From Alphaproteobacteria bacterium (GTDB lineage Bacteria; Pseudomonadota; Alphaproteobacteria; 16-39-46; JABJFC01), in NCBI GenBank assembly GCA_018662925.1, contig JABJFC010000057.1:19194-83193 (forward strand): DNA of 64,000 nt, given 5' to 3'. The notes under the pieces are model-generated. The model was not told the origin of the DNA. It saw only the letters and a list, made by a program, of their open reading frames with translations, and searched no databases. Numbering within the stretch: position 1 is the stretch's first letter; each line of letters begins with the position of its first letter. Below, in pieces: positions 30,459 through 39,758 of the stretch. Position numbers and translations under genes: made by a program.

Positions 30459-33400
30459 ATGCTGAATGGATCCAATACAAAAACAATTATAGCTCTATGT
30501 TTTAAGAGTCTGACAATATTCAATTATTATTTTTTTATTGTCGCTTTCTTGCTGATTCCTGAATATTCTCTCAGCACTCGTATTGGAATTTTTGAGGAGT
30601 CAGACGAACCTCCCCCAGGCTTCGAAGCTGTAGATGTTGCTGAAGAGACTAACTATGTGGAAGCCTATTTTTTCGGGAATTTGCTTGGTAGTTCTCTAAT
30701 GACATACCAAGATAACAAGGTAGTTATTAAAAATCCGGGCCTACTTGTAAAGAAAATGAAAGGGCTTAAAGATCCTGAAGCTGTCCTTAAAGCATTAACA
30801 GGAGAAATAGCTGGCAACTCAGAGTTAGCATGTAGTAATGAAAATGCACGACAACCCTGTGGAATTTTAAGTCCCAAAGTAGCTGCAGTTATTTATGACA
30901 GATTCAAAAGAGAATTGTCTATTTTTGTTAATGCAGATCTCTTAGACAAAAAAGAACTTGAATTTGATCAACTGCCACGATCAACGAGTAATTTTTCTTT
31001 CCTGAATAATGTTTTTGTGAATTCGACAGGGAGTAAACGAGAAAGGAACTATACTGTTAACAATAGAAATGTTTTTGCCTATAAAGAGGCATTTATAGAT
31101 ATTGACTCGAGTTATTTCCTGGATGAAGGTGATACGTCTTTATCTACTGTTGGTGAAAAGCGTTTTCGTTTCAGTACAATTACTGGAAATTTGAATAGAT
31201 GGAATAAGACATTTCAGATTGGAACTGTGAGAAATGAAGGAAGTAACTTTCTATCATCTCAGCTTCTTATAGGAGGTAAGTTTTTTACCACACTTAATCA
31301 ACTTACAGACCTAAATAGCGCCCAGTCGACTCCAATAGAGGTTTTCCTAGCTTTACCCGGGGAGGTCCAAGTTTTTAGGGATAAAAAACTTCTGTACGCT
31401 CAAAACTATACGGCTGGCAATCAGTTCATCAATACTTCTAGTTTTCCAGCAGGAAATTACGATGTTCAAATCAAAATTATTGACATAAATGGCAACGTAA
31501 CGGAAACAACACAGGCTTTTGTTAAGACGGAAGTTATTCCTCCATTTGATTATCCATTTTACTATGGGAGTTTTGGATTTATTGAAAATACAGCAAATAG
31601 AACTCAAGAGCTGTTTCCTCAGTTTTTTAATGATTTGGTTGGGCAGATGGGGACGGCTGTAAGAGTAGCTAACTCTTGGGCCTTAGCTGAAAATGTTCAG
31701 TTGGCTCGGAGTGTTGCTGCATCAGAGTCTAGTGTAATTTTTGTCGATTCTGACATAACGTTAAAGGTTGGTGGGTTAATTACAACAAAGAAAAATTATG
31801 GATACTTTTCGGATCTACGTTATAGAGCAAGTTTTTTTTCTGGAGGCGGAAATTTTCTTAGTATGTTTGGTCCAACAAAGGCTCAAAGGAACAAAATAGC
31901 TTCTGAATTTGACCCTGTTTCTGGGACGCGTGTAAGATATTCAGCCTTTCTTAATTTGCCTCTATATAAAGGAAATTTTTTGTTCAACACTAGTTATGGA
32001 AAATCAGATGTTGGGACAAAGAATAGAGCTTACACTGCCACCTTTAGTTATCCTCTTTACAGGGAAAGTGGCATTTTTGCAAATTGGTTAACAAGCTATA
32101 ATGTTAGAAATAACGACAGGCTCTATATATTTGGTATAAATGTGAGTTTTTCCCATGATAATTGGAGACACGCGTTTCGGGGGACTTACAATAGGGAGCA
32201 AGATATTGAAAATCAGCTTAGTGAACGTGATACACAGGATTATACTTTAAGTTCTGCTTGGACAAAATCTGAATCTGGGCGCTATGATTTGGGAGCAGGA
32301 GTGACTGGGAGTCATACTTCAGCGTCTGATTCTTTAAGGCCATCCGTATCATATAGCGATAATTTTGGGCGCTTTCAAAGCAGTGCGTCTTATAGCAAAC
32401 CTATTTCTGGGGCAATTAGTCGGCAGTTTAGTTTTTCGGGGGACACAAGTTTTATTGCTGCAGAAGAGAAGAGCGGTTTCTCGAACTCTTCCCGTAATAC
32501 TACGGGGATTTTTGTGGATGTAATATCTTCTGAGGCTGACCAGGAATTTGAAGTGCTCATTAATAACCGCCCTGCTCAAGTTATTAAGTCAGGAACTGCT
32601 GCATTCATACAACTGTCACCGTTCAAGACTTATATGGTTTCTATTAACTCCTTAGCGGGTAATCTGTATACGTATAATCCTGAACCAAAGTTTGTCACTT
32701 TGTATGAGAGTAATATTCAACCACTTTCGTGGGAAGTGCAAAAAGTGTTTTTGCTTATTTCACAGTTTGTAAGGCCTGATGGAAGTTTTGTCCAATATGC
32801 AGGTGTGGAAGGTGGAGTTGATTTAGCCCAAACAGATGAAAATGGGTATATTCAAGTTGAAATTCCTGAGGGGACAGAAAAATTGTTTGTTGAACCCATT
32901 GAAGGAGCTTTTTGTGAAGTTAAGGTTGGCGGGTTGGCTCCGGAAGATAACTATGTATATAAGGAGAGTATAGTCTGTGTTCCTACAAAGAAGAGGCCAA
33001 AAAGAATTGATAATAAAAGAGAGAATAAATATGAAGGGGAAGTTCTTTTTGAAGAACTTAAGAAGGATGAAACTTCAGAGGGGAAAATAGAAGGTGATAT
33101 ACCTGTTGTTACAGAAGAGGAGATTCAATCACCATCGCAGAAACAGCCAGATCATTTGAATGCTATCGATCCTGGAAAGACTAGTTTTGAGGAAGAGTCC
33201 ATGGAAGGAGTTCAAGATCAAAAAGAGATGGCAGAAGAGAGTATTCAAGAAGAAGTCGGTGCAGGAGTTTCTTCGCAAGAGAATATTCAGCCTGAAGATA
33301 ATATCGAGGATCTTGATGGAATTTCTTCAAAATCGAAACCAGTGATTGAAGAATCGGTGCACAGAGAAATACCAATGATTGATATCGATAAAAATATTAA

Positions 33401-34043
33401 TAAAACAACTGAGAACAAGAAAGCAACAAGATTTAGTAAAGAATTAGTTTATCAAGAAGGGAAGCCAGCTATTTCACCAAAACGAGCTAAGCCTATGAAT
33501 AAGAAGTTTAAGAAAGAACTGGTTCATCAAGAAGGGAAATCAGAAGGAGCTGAAAAGAAGGGTACATCTACAAACAAAAATTTTGAGAAAGAATTAGTTC
33601 ATCAGGAGGGCAAATTAGTTGATCTAGTAAAACAAGGCAAGGCATCGGGCAGACAGTCTGAAAAAGAACTGGTTTATCAAGTGCGTGATTCTTCAGTGAA
33701 CAGGGCAAGTGGTCAAGCAGTAAATCCTACTAGAGTGACTAAATCTGTAAAACGCCTAAAGGAGCTGGTATATCATGAGGTAATTCCTGCTGTTGAGAAA
33801 GCTATGAACAAAAAATCTACGCAACGCCCTGAAGTCGGTCCGACTAAGAATAAGGTTTACGGAGAGAATAGTCTATTAGGGATAGTTCCTAAAGAAAAAG
33901 CCAAAAAAGGTATCAAAACAGGGCCCATCCCAAAAAAGGCTGTGTATTATGAAAAAGGACATCCTGAAAGTCTTGGAGAAAAGACACCTTCCTCGAATAG
34001 AAAAGAGCTCGTTTATCGAGAAGTTTCTTTTCTAGAGCGGTAG
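30459..34043 (+). CDS. Giant (1194 aa) outer-membrane usher-like protein with C-terminal ~200-aa extension carrying six KELV[YH]QEG-type repeats
   Basis: N-terminal hydrophobic segment. Middle region (…GEVQVFRDKKLLYAQNYTAGNQFINTSSFPAGNYDVQIKIIDINGNVTETTQAFV…) resembles the conserved usher segment seen in the bona fide usher at 41041 (…VEVFINESTRL…GPFLIEDLPVISGEGDIKIVTTDLLGRRQEV…). Beta-rich Ser/Thr/Asn/Tyr composition. Repeats at ~33430-34040. Confidence 0.4.
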   Translation: MLNGSNTKTIIALCFKSLTIFNYYFFIVAFLLIPEYSLSTRIGIFEESDEPPPGFEAVDVAEETNYVEAYFFGNLLGSSLMTYQDNKVVIKNPGLLVKKMKGLKDPEAVLKALTGEIAGNSELACSNENARQPCGILSPKVAAVIYDRFKRELSIFVNADLLDKKELEFDQLPRSTSNFSFLNNVFVNSTGSKRERNYTVNNRNVFAYKEAFIDIDSSYFLDEGDTSLSTVGEKRFRFSTITGNLNRWNKTFQIGTVRNEGSNFLSSQLLIGGKFFTTLNQLTDLNSAQSTPIEVFLALPGEVQVFRDKKLLYAQNYTAGNQFINTSSFPAGNYDVQIKIIDINGNVTETTQAFVKTEVIPPFDYPFYYGSFGFIENTANRTQELFPQFFNDLVGQMGTAVRVANSWALAENVQLARSVAASESSVIFVDSDITLKVGGLITTKKNYGYFSDLRYRASFFSGGGNFLSMFGPTKAQRNKIASEFDPVSGTRVRYSAFLNLPLYKGNFLFNTSYGKSDVGTKNRAYTATFSYPLYRESGIFANWLTSYNVRNNDRLYIFGINVSFSHDNWRHAFRGTYNREQDIENQLSERDTQDYTLSSAWTKSESGRYDLGAGVTGSHTSASDSLRPSVSYSDNFGRFQSSASYSKPISGAISRQFSFSGDTSFIAAEEKSGFSNSSRNTTGIFVDVISSEADQEFEVLINNRPAQVIKSGTAAFIQLSPFKTYMVSINSLAGNLYTYNPEPKFVTLYESNIQPLSWEVQKVFLLISQFVRPDGSFVQYAGVEGGVDLAQTDENGYIQVEIPEGTEKLFVEPIEGAFCEVKVGGLAPEDNYVYKESIVCVPTKKRPKRIDNKRENKYEGEVLFEELKKDETSEGKIEGDIPVVTEEEIQSPSQKQPDHLNAIDPGKTSFEEESMEGVQDQKEMAEESIQEEVGAGVSSQENIQPEDNIEDLDGISSKSKPVIEESVHREIPMIDIDKNINKTTENKKATRFSKELVYQEGKPAISPKRAKPMNKKFKKELVHQEGKSEGAEKKGTSTNKNFEKELVHQEGKLVDLVKQGKASGRQSEKELVYQVRDSSVNRASGQAVNPTRVTKSVKRLKELVYHEVIPAVEKAMNKKSTQRPEVGPTKNKVYGENSLLGIVPKEKAKKGIKTGPIPKKAVYYEKGHPESLGEKTPSSNRKELVYREVSFLER

Positions 34044-34184
34044 ACATAAGGATTTTATTGTTGTCATTAAATAGAAGAGATGTCTTATTAAGAATTTCCT
34101 AATACATCTTCAGGTTTTTTTGTGTTACTATTTACTTGTATTGTTGTTTTAATTATTTGTTTAGTTCAATTTTAATGGTGGTAA

Positions 34185-34442
34185 ATGATTAAGGTTACTA
34201 TATTATTCTTTTCATTTTTATGTACATTTTGTTTGATAAATGAAGAGGTGTTAGCCAAAAATATAACATACGGTATTTTAGCTCCAGAATTCTCTAAAAG
34301 TCAGCATCAGAAGCTTAAGGAGTGCAACCTAACGTGTTCAGTTTACTTGGGGGGAGCGTGTGCTCAAGTGCCTAATTGCAGCTTTTGTTGTGATAGCCAG
34401 TATGGCCCAGGGACAGAAATACTTCACAATTTTAGTAGTTGA
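34185..34442 (+). CDS. Small secreted Cys-rich peptide (85 aa, 8 Cys in the mature 60 aa)
   Basis: signal peptide MIKVTILFFSFLCTFCLINEEVLA; CNLTC…GGAC…PNCSFCC pattern; AT-rich context, weak RBS. Confidence 0.3.
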   Translation: MIKVTILFFSFLCTFCLINEEVLAKNITYGILAPEFSKSQHQKLKECNLTCSVYLGGACAQVPNCSFCCDSQYGPGTEILHNFSS

Positions 34443-34504
34443 GCCAAGAGACAGCCCACTGTTATTGGGAAGTAAAATTTTTCATGCAATTCTTGTATAA
34501 TGTA

Positions 34505-35239
34505 TTAGTTTGTTTGCCCTGCACTTTTTTTATCTAGAGTCTCTGCAACCGTTTCAAAAGAGACAGGACCTGCTTCAGGGATTTCAAAAGTGTAAGTGTT
34601 TCCAGCATAGAGGCGTTTGCCAGTTACCCCTGTTTCCACACATTTATCAGCTGAAGTGCATTGTTGGATCTTCCCAAAAAGCAGATTTGTATTGCCGATA
34701 TTTTTTACGGTAACAGACTTGCCATTCCGAATTGCAGAAATTTTTGCAACTGGTTTTATAGGAGGTATTACTAACTCAACTAAAAAAGCAACATTTACAC
34801 GTAAAAATAGTCGTTTTTCACCTTGTGAAACTGGTGCTACACGCTTTAGTTGTCCCAAAACGGGCATCACCTTAATTCTGTAGATGCGTTCTTGTTCACC
34901 TGGCGGTTTTAAAAGTGAAACACGAATGCTTCTCCTTTGATTCGGTGCAAGGACTAATTTTGGAGGTGTCAGAAGTAAGCCAACTTCCTTTGGATTTCGA
35001 CTTTCTATGGAACGTTCGTTCGGCATGCCAGGATTCTCAATAAGTTTTAGAGTAGTGCCAACGTATGACTTTTTATCTTTTTGTTGGTTGAAAACTGAAA
35101 TATCTTGATACGGCTTATCTTTTAATTTGAACTGTGTCCTTAATGGAGAGACGATAATACGTGCACACGCATGATGAACACACAGCGTACACGCTAATGT
35201 CATAAAAATTACTTTTGAAAAAAAACTTCGAAGCTGCAT
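34505..35239 (-). CDS. Periplasmic pilus chaperone (PapD/CsuC-like)
   Basis: signal peptide; IIVSPLR…, LLLTPPKLVLAPNQRRSIRV (chaperone …PP.f.l.p…q.iR motif), overall similarity to the chaperone at 46490. Confidence 0.6.
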   Translation of the reverse strand: MQLRSFFSKVIFMTLACTLCVHHACARIIVSPLRTQFKLKDKPYQDISVFNQQKDKKSYVGTTLKLIENPGMPNERSIESRNPKEVGLLLTPPKLVLAPNQRRSIRVSLLKPPGEQERIYRIKVMPVLGQLKRVAPVSQGEKRLFLRVNVAFLVELVIPPIKPVAKISAIRNGKSVTVKNIGNTNLLFGKIQQCTSADKCVETGVTGKRLYAGNTYTFEIPEAGPVSFETVAETLDKKSAGQTN

Positions 35240-35463
35240 CTTATTCTTTATTATTCATCATATATAATCACTGACCACATGATACTATTACCTAAATCCG
35301 TTGTCAAACCGTGGATGGAAATTAATTTATTATAAAATTGATATTTGCGTTTAAGGTTCATGTTAAATTTTTATATTTCCTGCTGCAAAATTTAGCTAGA
35401 ATGTGTTAAAGTATGTGCTAAAATACTAACAGAGACGGGTAACTTTTAAGGATTTGCGGAAAA

Positions 35464-36117
35464 ATGCGTTATAGTGATTGGAAAGGCCTTTGTTTTCAAG
35501 ACGTGAGGGTGGCTGTTAGGGTTCTTTCAGTGGCACTTTTTCTCTGCTATTTTATTGGTATTTCGTTTTCACAAGCTGGCTCTTCTGGAGGAGGAGGTGG
35601 TGGTGGAGGTGGTGGTCCAGGCGGGGGAAGTCCTTCGAAGGTTATTCCAGTGGGTGCCTCGATAGGGCTCCAAATTTTCATTCAAGATTCTAGTATTGAT
35701 GGACTCACTTTTGATGAAATATTAGATTCAACTGCGGGTGACGTTACGGCTCAGGACAAAATATGTGTCTTTAGCAATGTGAATTTTGGAGGTTTAGCTA
35801 GGGCGTACACAGTGACTGTAACGAGTGATAATGGGGAGTACAAGCTGTTGAATGCAGATGCTGCAGCTGCGGCAACGCCTGGTGGGCAGATGGTATATTC
35901 GATCCAATTTGCCGATAATGTGAATGGCGCTGGTGCACAACAGGTGCCCGAGGGCGCAACATTGACGGGGTTTCAAGCAACTTCTGTTGGTAAGTGTAGA
36001 GGAAACAATCCTGGAAATAATTCTGTTGTTATAGCTACAATTCTGGAGTCGGATTATCAAGCAAAGCTGGCTGGTGACTATCTTGATAATATTACTGTGA
36101 CAGTTGCCTCGCCGTAG
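35464..36117 (+). CDS. Divergent SCPU/Csu-type pilin-like secreted protein with (Gly)n tract
   Basis: signal peptide; G12-PGGG run; IGLQIFIQDSSIDGLTFDEI…ICVFSNV…GKCRG…YLDNITVTVASP (two Cys, C-terminal Y.D.ITVTV as in SCPU pilins); paralogous to 36500/37264. Confidence 0.5.
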   Translation: MRYSDWKGLCFQDVRVAVRVLSVALFLCYFIGISFSQAGSSGGGGGGGGGGPGGGSPSKVIPVGASIGLQIFIQDSSIDGLTFDEILDSTAGDVTAQDKICVFSNVNFGGLARAYTVTVTSDNGEYKLLNADAAAAATPGGQMVYSIQFADNVNGAGAQQVPEGATLTGFQATSVGKCRGNNPGNNSVVIATILESDYQAKLAGDYLDNITVTVASP

Positions 36118-36499
36118 ACTTTTCTTTTAAAAAACAATAGCTAATTAGAGTTTTAAGCTAAGCCTAATATAATAATCTTTGAGAATGTGTGTATTCTGAG
36201 TTTTAGAATTGAACCATAGAATAAAACTCAACAAAAACAATCGAATGTATTATTTTTGTATGGGTTTAGCATCTGACATCTCTTGTCCCAATGAAAAACA
36301 GATCATTTATCTCATTGCAACTCCTTAAATGCTTTAGAAAAATGTACCAAAAATAGTTCGGTTTATTATTTTAATTAATTCAAATAGATATTGTTATGCA
36401 ATGAAAAAGAAATAATAACTTTAGACTATTTGTGGTAATATTATATTGAGATGTTTGTTTCATTGTGGTTTTAAAGTTTGTGTTTAAAGAGGTGGAGTT

Positions 36500-37102
36500 A
36501 TGTCAGGAAAGTTTAGTAGCGTTAAACGTTTAAATGTATTTGCTGCAAGTGCTTTAGGCTTGGGGCTGCTCTTGTCTTCGTCAACAGGCATTAAGTCGGC
36601 GTCTGATAGTGATGATATAACTCTGACATTGGCTGTTGGACAACAGATCTTTATACAAGATTCCAGCATTGATAACATAGATTTTGGTACTGTTTCTGAG
36701 GTTACAAGCGGTGATTTAGATGGAACAGATGATCTATGTGTTTTTAGCAATGTGAAGTCAGGCACAGGTAATCAAACTAAGGCCTTTAAGCTTACACTTA
36801 CCACAGCAGAGACGGCAACCTTTCAATTGGAAGAGGACGGTGGAGCCGGCACGATAGCCTACTCTGTGGAATGGATTGATGAAATCGGAGGATCATTTGG
36901 TGATGGTGGAAATAGTACTGTAACGTATAACACCGCTGTTGACGATCAAACTGCGACAACCATTGGTCAGTGTCGAGGGTCGGGTGGAAATGACAATACG
37001 AAGTTGTTTATCCGAATACTTGAGGCAAACTATACTGAATTAGATGCTGCAACGTACAATGGTACTATTACTGCAGTGGTCGCTCAAGCTACGGGCACCT
37101 AA
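36500..37102 (+). CDS. SCPU/Csu-type pilin-like secreted protein, tandem paralog B1
   Basis: signal peptide; VGQQIFIQDSSIDNIDFG…LCVFSNV…GQCRG…YNGTITAVVAQATGT; ~80% identical to 37264. Confidence 0.5.
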   Translation: MSGKFSSVKRLNVFAASALGLGLLLSSSTGIKSASDSDDITLTLAVGQQIFIQDSSIDNIDFGTVSEVTSGDLDGTDDLCVFSNVKSGTGNQTKAFKLTLTTAETATFQLEEDGGAGTIAYSVEWIDEIGGSFGDGGNSTVTYNTAVDDQTATTIGQCRGSGGNDNTKLFIRILEANYTELDAATYNGTITAVVAQATGT

Positions 37103-37263
37103 TACGGGATAGTAATGGCCTTCCATCATTTCGATCGTATGGAAGAATTAAGGAGAGAGCGTTTGTTTTGTGTAGGTAGTTTTGAGTTCTTAATTTTAGC
37201 CTCATCTCAAGGAAAGTTTGTTGAGGCGCTTTAAGTTGATTTTGAAGAGTTGGAGACATAATT

Positions 37264-37866
37264 ATGTTGAGGAAACTTCGTGGTATAGAATCGAGAGTTG
37301 TGTTGGGTGCAAGTTTTTTGGCATTTCTGGTGGCTTTTTTTCCTCCCACAGGCCTGAAGACTGCATCGGATAGCGATGACCTCACCTTAACAATCGCGGT
37401 CGGGCAACAGATATTTATACAAGATTCCAGCATTGACAATTTGGATTTTGGGACGTTAATTGAGTCTACAACTGGTAATTTAGATCAATCTGACGATCTT
37501 TGCGTTTTTAGCAATGTGAAGTCAGGAACAGGTAATCAAACTAAAGCCTTTAAGCTTACACTTACCACAGCAGAGACGGCAACTTTTCAACTGGAAGAAT
37601 CCGGTGGGTCAGGTACCGTTGCCTATTCTGTGGAATGGATTGATGAAATCGGAGGAGCATTTGGTGATGGTGGAAATAGTGCTGTAACATATAACACCGC
37701 TGTCGACGATCAGGCTGCGACGACTATTGGTCAATGCCGAGGATCGGGGGGAACTGACAATTCCAAGCTATTTGTGCGGATAATTGAAGCTAGCTATGAA
37801 GCATTGGATTCTGGGACGTACGATGGAACAATCACTGCAGTGGTCGCTCAAGCGACTGGGACGTGA
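37264..37866 (+). CDS. SCPU/Csu-type pilin-like secreted protein, tandem paralog B2
   Basis: same length (200 aa) and near-identical to 36500..37102. Confidence 0.5.
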   Translation: MLRKLRGIESRVVLGASFLAFLVAFFPPTGLKTASDSDDLTLTIAVGQQIFIQDSSIDNLDFGTLIESTTGNLDQSDDLCVFSNVKSGTGNQTKAFKLTLTTAETATFQLEESGGSGTVAYSVEWIDEIGGAFGDGGNSAVTYNTAVDDQAATTIGQCRGSGGTDNSKLFVRIIEASYEALDSGTYDGTITAVVAQATGT

Positions 37867-38007
37867 TTAGTTTGATAATTTTCATTCATTCGAATATATG
37901 AAGTATAAGAGTGGAGGCCATTCTTTTCATTTCTGCTTGGGTGTTTTATTTTCAGTTCCAAGTAGTATATAGTGACGTGGTATGTTTCCGTTTAGCAACA
38001 GGTACGT

Positions 38008-38517
38008 TTGGATATGTTTATTAGCCGGAATGGGTTGCAGTTTATTTTGTTTCTTCTAGCATCCTGTTTTGTTTCGCAATGTGCCCAGGGGAAAGTTGCT
38101 ATTTTGTCGCAGAATGGGGATGGGACATGGATGGGGACTTTAACTTTTGGGATCAGTGGATCTGGGTACAATGATTTTTGCATATATCAAACAAAAAAAA
38201 GCAAAAAAGCTAAATCCAAAGGGCAATACCGTTATTCAGTAACCATATCGAGCGATAACAATTTTAATTTAGTAGAACCTGTTTCTGGGGAAAAGATCCC
38301 TTATCGAGTTTACTTTACCGATAAGGCCTCAGACGTTGGTCGGCGTGAAGTATCTAACCGTGTTCCTATTAATAAACTGACAACTTCGATTTCAAAGGAG
38401 AAGAAATGCAAAGAGAATGCTCGATTGCGTGTGATAGCCCCTTCTAAGGGATTTGAGCTAGCTTTGTCTGGGAGGTACTCGGACCACTTAACGGTCACTG
38501 TAGATTCTGATGAGTAA
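38008..38517 (+). CDS. Divergent pilin-like secreted protein (possible SCPU-type subunit)
   Basis: signal peptide; two Cys; C-terminal YSDHLTVTVDSDE resembles SCPU C-terminal strand. Confidence 0.4.
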   Translation: MDMFISRNGLQFILFLLASCFVSQCAQGKVAILSQNGDGTWMGTLTFGISGSGYNDFCIYQTKKSKKAKSKGQYRYSVTISSDNNFNLVEPVSGEKIPYRVYFTDKASDVGRREVSNRVPINKLTTSISKEKKCKENARLRVIAPSKGFELALSGRYSDHLTVTVDSDE

Positions 38518-38689
38518 GCTTGTAGTAATTCATAGACACATCTTTACTTGCGTAATGATGTGTCAGATAGCAACTTCTAGCGGTGCTTTACTTACATATT
38601 TATCCCATTTATCGCCATGCAACCCCACAAACCCCATTCCATGGACAATGATAGCCTGATATAGTGTTTTGGAGCTTATAGGGGGAGAT

Positions 38690-39589
38690 ATGGTGAAAAC
38701 ACGGCTATTTTATGAAATTATGTTGCTGGTTTTAGTGCTGGTGTGGCCTGTGGCAGGATTTGGAGCCGATTTTGGCCCTGTTTCTGGGGAAATTTGCCAG
38801 AATCTATATAATCAGCCCCCAGCGGATCCAAAGCTGGCTAATTTGGTTGAATATCGCGCCTCTTCTCAGAATCCAGTCTATGTTCTTGAACAAAATCAAT
38901 ATCTTATTATGTCATTCGGGGCTGTGCATGACCTTCAATCCATGTATAATCCCAAAGATGAATTGGAGGTTCCTCTTGTTTATCAAAGGATTATGAGCAT
39001 TGGGGCTGCCTATCCAAAAAATTTGAAGAAGGTGCTTATGCTGGGCTTGGGGGGAGGCCGTCTGACCCAGTATCTGCGTCAGTATCTGAAAAGAGCTGAA
39101 TTTACAGTTGTGGAACTAGATCCAGCTGTTATTAGCGTGGCCAAGGCGCATTTTGGGGTTCAGGAAAAGGATAAGCATCTTAAAATTGTCCAGGCTGATG
39201 CATGGGAGTATCTTAAAGATTCTAAAGACAAATTTGATCTCATTCTCGTGGATGTTTGTGTGAGTGACACAGTTCCTCCACAGGTCAAGTCGGCAGATTT
39301 CTATAAAGAGGTAAAAGCCCATTTGGCAAAAGGCGGGACCGCTGTTCAAAATGTTTCCCTAAAGCACTATTATTTGGGGGAAGCTGAGGCGGCTATGAGA
39401 GAAGCTTTTGGCGGCTTTGATTCCTTTGAAACCGATATGAACTTTATCCTTGTGGCTCCAGAAATGATCACGAAACATTCAGGTGTTCTTTCCTATCGTG
39501 CCAAGAGTCGTCAAAAGAAGTATTCTTTTCGATATCCTTTGGGCGAATTACTAGGGTGCTTTCATCGGAAAGAACCCATTTCCGACTAA
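38690..39589 (+). CDS. Secreted PABS-like protein, paralog 4 (ORF from 38669; ATG 38690 follows GGGGGAG)
   Basis: VLMLGLGGGRLTQYL…FTVVELDPAVISVAKAHFG…FDLILVDVC…GGTAVQN; signal peptide. Confidence 0.6.
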   Translation: MVKTRLFYEIMLLVLVLVWPVAGFGADFGPVSGEICQNLYNQPPADPKLANLVEYRASSQNPVYVLEQNQYLIMSFGAVHDLQSMYNPKDELEVPLVYQRIMSIGAAYPKNLKKVLMLGLGGGRLTQYLRQYLKRAEFTVVELDPAVISVAKAHFGVQEKDKHLKIVQADAWEYLKDSKDKFDLILVDVCVSDTVPPQVKSADFYKEVKAHLAKGGTAVQNVSLKHYYLGEAEAAMREAFGGFDSFETDMNFILVAPEMITKHSGVLSYRAKSRQKKYSFRYPLGELLGCFHRKEPISD

Positions 39590-39617
39590 TGTAAAGTCTG
39601 ACTTTACATTAGTCGGA
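39581..39617. terminator. 37-nt perfect palindrome (tccgactaatgtaaagtc t gactttacattagtcgga) overlapping the stop codon of PABS paralog 4, followed by a second hairpin ggctcggggagggagcc + TGTTTT (39644-39668)
   Basis: read directly. Confidence 0.5.
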
Positions 39618-39758
39618 TTTCCATAAAGATTGACTGTGGAAATGGGCTCGGGGAGGGAGCCTGTTTTGCCAAAGTCTCCCCACCCCGTTACACCATTAAA
39701 TTAAAAAACAAAATGAACAAATAATATTGTATAATAGAATTAAATATAAAATTTTACT

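Noticed and set aside
36484-37439. Two minus-strand ORFs (93 and 116 aa) sharing MLSMLESCIKICCPTA…
   Set aside because: They are the antisense frames of the tandem pilin paralogs. Their conservation is a by-product of the gene duplication.
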